DNA from: an uncultured Poribacteria bacterium
Lineage (GTDB): Bacteria; Poribacteria; WGA-4E; WGA-3G
Direction: 5' to 3'
Assembly (NCBI GenBank): GCA_951813565.1
Contig: OX638351.1
Location: 2,976,001-3,040,000, forward strand
Length of the DNA stretch: 64,000 nt
Under the pieces are notes generated by a model that ran no database searches, was not told the origin of the DNA, and saw nothing but the letters and a program-made list of their open reading frames with translations. Within the stretch, counting starts at the first letter, position 1. Each line of letters opens with the position of its first letter. The position numbers were made by a program, and so were the translations under genes. Below, piece after piece: positions 60,599-64,000 of this stretch.

Positions 60599-61753
60599 CT
60601 ATTCAGGCACTAAGGCACGTAACCGATTAACTACCTTTATTACTTCATCGGCGACGATGTCAACCTCTTCTGCTGTGTTGTAACGTCCTAAACCGAAACG
60701 GATAGTTGTCAACGCTAAATCATTTGGGATTCCCATTGCGACTAATACGTGCGATGGCGTAACAGATTCGGAATCACACGCTGAACCTGTTGATACGGCA
60801 ACACTCTTGAGTCCCATCAAAAGTGCATGGCTTTGCACTCCCGCGAAACAGAGATTCAAGTTTCCCAGTAAACGTTTTTCGGGATGACCGTTGAGGTGGA
60901 TATCTGTTAACTGAGATACTAATTTCTGGTGCAGTGTGTCGCGTAAAGGCCTAACTACTTTTTCCTCCGTTTTGATCTCCATCGCATTTTGACACACTTC
61001 GCACGCTGCACCTAAACCGACAATCCCTGCTACATTCAGTGTACCTGGTCGGATACCTGCTTCCTGACCGCCGCCGTAGAAAAGTGGTTTCAGCCGTTTT
61101 TCACCTCGAATGTAAAGCGCACCGACACCTTTTGGACCATAAACCTTATGTGCGGTAATTGACGCCATATCAAGCCCTAATACATCCATATTCGATTCAA
61201 GTTTACCGATACCTTGTACCGCATCTGAATGAAACAGCACTCCATGCTTTGAAGCAATGTTGGCTATTTCACGAAGTGGGTTGATAGTGCCTACTTCGTT
61301 ATTGGCGTACATAAAACTCATTAGAATAGTTTTTGGAGTAATTGCGGCTTTTACATCGTCGGGATTCACCATTCCGTATTTGTCAACCGGCAGATATGTG
61401 GTTTCAAAACCCCCTGTATCTAAAGCGTGGCATGTATCAAGGACAGCGTGATGTTCAGCGGTGCTGGTGATGATATGATTCCCCTTATCTTCATAGGTGT
61501 AAGCAGCACCTCTGATGGCAAGGTTATCCGATTCCGTCGCTCCACTTGTGAAGATAATCTCTTCTGGTAGGCAACCGAGCAGATTTGCAACTTGATGCCG
61601 CGCTTTGTCCACTGCATTTTTGGCAGTAACGCCGAATGGATGTGTGCTTGCGGCATTGCCGAAGTGTGTCGTTAGATACGGTAGTATCGCATCTAACACT
61701 TCGGGCGCAATCGGTGTTGTTGCATGGTTGTCCATGTAGATGAGTTTATTCAC
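60599..61753 (-). CDS. iscS: Cysteine desulfurase (IscS/NifS type)
   Basis: YMDNHATT, FTSGATE, AHKVYGPKG, STGSAC; the ORF track's longer start lies in a repeat. Confidence 0.9.
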   Translation of the reverse strand: MNKLIYMDNHATTPIAPEVLDAILPYLTTHFGNAASTHPFGVTAKNAVDKARHQVANLLGCLPEEIIFTSGATESDNLAIRGAAYTYEDKGNHIITSTAEHHAVLDTCHALDTGGFETTYLPVDKYGMVNPDDVKAAITPKTILMSFMYANNEVGTINPLREIANIASKHGVLFHSDAVQGIGKLESNMDVLGLDMASITAHKVYGPKGVGALYIRGEKRLKPLFYGGGQEAGIRPGTLNVAGIVGLGAACEVCQNAMEIKTEEKVVRPLRDTLHQKLVSQLTDIHLNGHPEKRLLGNLNLCFAGVQSHALLMGLKSVAVSTGSACDSESVTPSHVLVAMGIPNDLALTTIRFGLGRYNTAEEVDIVADEVIKVVNRLRALVPE

Positions 61754-61953
61754 GAGGAAAGTTCCTTTTTCAAAAGCGCGCTTACAAAGCGCCCCTACCG
61801 TTGGGAGAGTAATCGGGGTTGGAAACCCCTCCCACAAGAGGCGCAATGAATTGCGCGACTACAAACACACTAACTTTAGAGAAAATACCTATGTATGTCT
61901 ACATTCATTAAAATACTTTGAGTGAACGGCACAGTGGAGTGTGCCTACTACCA

Positions 61954-62994
61954 CTATTTAAGACGTTCTCTAAACATGTCCATTAGTCCGTCTGGTGGAT
62001 CAAACGGCAGTTCGATAACGGTGTTAGTTAAACCGCTATAATAGATACCGAGTAGCAGATTGAATTCGGCAAGGGATTGCGGTAGGTTTGTCGGGTGAAC
62101 CTTGCTTTCATCATCCAACCAATCAAACATAGCTTCTGTTAAATTGGTTTGCGCGACAGCATTTTGGTCACCGTAACTAAGGTCCCCACCTTCATAACCA
62201 CCTTCTGGTGTGTAACGCTCCCAACTTTCAAAACGCCAGTGGACGAACCCTTTTTCGCCAAATACACAAACGCGCTTATGTCTACTACTCCCTGTTTCCG
62301 GTAGGACACGCGGTGCCATCTCCGGGCCGAAGGCGACAGAGGTTTGTACACCGTTTTCGTAAGTAACTAACCCGGTAGCATTTGCTGGTGAAGGTTGTGC
62401 GCTATCCAAATTACCCGCGCCTGCGATTTGTCCCATCACCTTTACTGGTTGGGAGTTGTCAATATAGGAGGAGACTAACTGAAGCACGTGTGGTGCTTGG
62501 TCTACGGGTGGGTTACGCGCGCTTGCTTCAATAAATTTAATCGCACCTATTTTACCTTCTGAAACATCTTGTTTCAATTCAAGGTTTTTGGGATGAAAGT
62601 TGAGTTGTGTGTTGATAGCAATTTTTGTTTTGGTGCGTTTGGAGAGTTCGTAGATTTGCCGCCAGTCTTCACTCTCAACAGCAATCGGTTTTTCAATAAC
62701 CACTGCTGGTACACCGTGTTCTGAAGCCTGATTTAGTAATGGATACCGAATCCGTTCATTTGTGCCGCGCATCACCGGTGCGGTCACGATATGTAACAAA
62801 TCTGGCTTTTCCTTGGAGAGCATCTCATCAAGGTCGGTGTAGCGGACATCTATATCAAATTCGTCACCGAATCCGTTCAGTAGGTCTTCCTTCATATCGC
62901 AGATAGCGGCGAGTTTTCCACCTTTAACATTAGCATAAGCGCGGGCATGGGCGCGGGCACGTCCTCTACACCCTAAAATTGCACACTTGTACAT
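61954..62994 (-). CDS. Gfo/Idh/MocA oxidoreductase
   Basis: AILGC.G, AICD, IEKP. Confidence 0.85.
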   Translation of the reverse strand: MYKCAILGCRGRARAHARAYANVKGGKLAAICDMKEDLLNGFGDEFDIDVRYTDLDEMLSKEKPDLLHIVTAPVMRGTNERIRYPLLNQASEHGVPAVVIEKPIAVESEDWRQIYELSKRTKTKIAINTQLNFHPKNLELKQDVSEGKIGAIKFIEASARNPPVDQAPHVLQLVSSYIDNSQPVKVMGQIAGAGNLDSAQPSPANATGLVTYENGVQTSVAFGPEMAPRVLPETGSSRHKRVCVFGEKGFVHWRFESWERYTPEGGYEGGDLSYGDQNAVAQTNLTEAMFDWLDDESKVHPTNLPQSLAEFNLLLGIYYSGLTNTVIELPFDPPDGLMDMFRERLK

Positions 62995-63397
62995 ATTATT
63001 CTCCTTTACTTGAGTTCAAAACAGTATAATAGAAAAAGAACCGCTTTGGTGAAATGCGTAGGCTTAATCATTATCAAAAGAAGTTCTCAATGAACATTAT
63101 AGCACTTTATTGTGAAATTGACGACTTTTTTCGAATTCCCTTTGAAAACAGAAGGCACAACGCGATCTGCTGATTTCCGATCCATCGAAAAAAGTTTTTT
63201 TTATTTTTTTTCGCAATACTATGCAAAAGTGCATCCGAAAATGTGTATAGGTGAATCATTATCATTTTTTGATAATGGTATCCTATTACCGCTGAATTGC
63301 GGAAAAGGAGGTATTTGTTATGTTAGCAAATCAGAGGAGGTGTGGCACTTAGTGTTACGCCCTTTGGTGTGGCACTAAGTGTCGCACACTTTCTGAC

Positions 63398-63431
63398 GGG
63401 ACAGAGGTTTATCCTCTGTCCCCAATTTTTT
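63398..63431 (+). terminator. Intrinsic terminator
   Basis: GGGACAGAGG-TTTAT-CCTCTGTCCC then T-run. Confidence 0.65.
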
Positions 63432-63723
63432 GTGCACCTGAACCTTTTACCACGGTTTCTATAAATCTTTATTGAAAATTAAGTGAATGCGTCTTGAATA
63501 CTTTAAAAAGTGCATCCAATAATGTGTTAAGGCAAAACTACTTAAGAATTAACAACCTATTCTTCATTCGCACCTGTCCATAAAATCCATCACATAATGA
63601 ATCATAGGTACGTAGTGTTTTTAGGAATCGACGCCGAGAATTTACGTCTTAGCAAATAATCTGCAAATGATTGAATTGCGCATTTACGTTGAAACGACTT
63701 GTTAAATAGAAGGAAGTAAAAAG

Positions 63724-64000
63724 ATGAAAGGCAATAGAAAGAGGAAAAGAAAAGACATAACGCGGGAAAACACAAGACAGGAAAGTTTAGAATCAACAAA
63801 AGATTCAGCTATCCGTGTGCCAGGGATAGCTTTAGAATCTCTACCGGGTAACCTATTTACTGTGGAGTTGACAGAGAATGGTCACAAAGTTGTAGCATAC
63901 CTTGCTGGAAAAATGATGAAGCATAAAATATGGGTGCTGCCGGGAGACCAGGTTACCGTTGAACTTTCGCCTTATGACTTGTCGCGTGGACGGATTATCT
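63724..64000 (+). CDS. infA: Translation initiation factor IF-1 (runs off window end)
   Basis: Manual translation ...[55 protein letters not shown]. Confidence 0.92.
   Translation, partial: MKGNRKRKRKDITRENTRQESLESTKDSAIRVPGIALESLPGNLFTVELTENGHKVVAYLAGKMMKHKIWVLPGDQVTVELSPYDLSRGRII

Overview
Bacterial chromosomal window. The gene content is most consistent with Candidatus Poribacteria; this is inferred from the WD40/cohesin/dockerin protein ending in LLPNYPNPFNPETWIPYQL, an LRR-dockerin gene, a sulfatase and a PhyH dioxygenase. Housekeeping genes (tRNA-Val, tRNA-Asp, serS, bioB, pyrK, glpK, iscS, infA), a type II restriction-modification pair, GT9/GT1 glycosyltransferases, an S55 peptidase pair, a sigma54 two-component system, an STT3-like oligosaccharyltransferase locus and a TonB receptor sit among dense mobile DNA. 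The mobile DNA includes an IS701, an IS982, several MITE families with readable target-site duplications (TSDs), many GTAG-REP hairpins, and a family of ~34-nt AATCAAC hairpin units that insert into REPs and into each other. The most unusual region is 18.5-22.7 kb: a 4.2-kb transposase-less composite element (ATAAA TSD) splits a membrane-protein gene and carries three paralogues of an unknown gene. Two of these paralogues are followed by an IS200/IS605-type end hairpin and a 330-400 nt non-coding tract, and the two tracts show compensatory base changes, making them a candidate new structured RNA.
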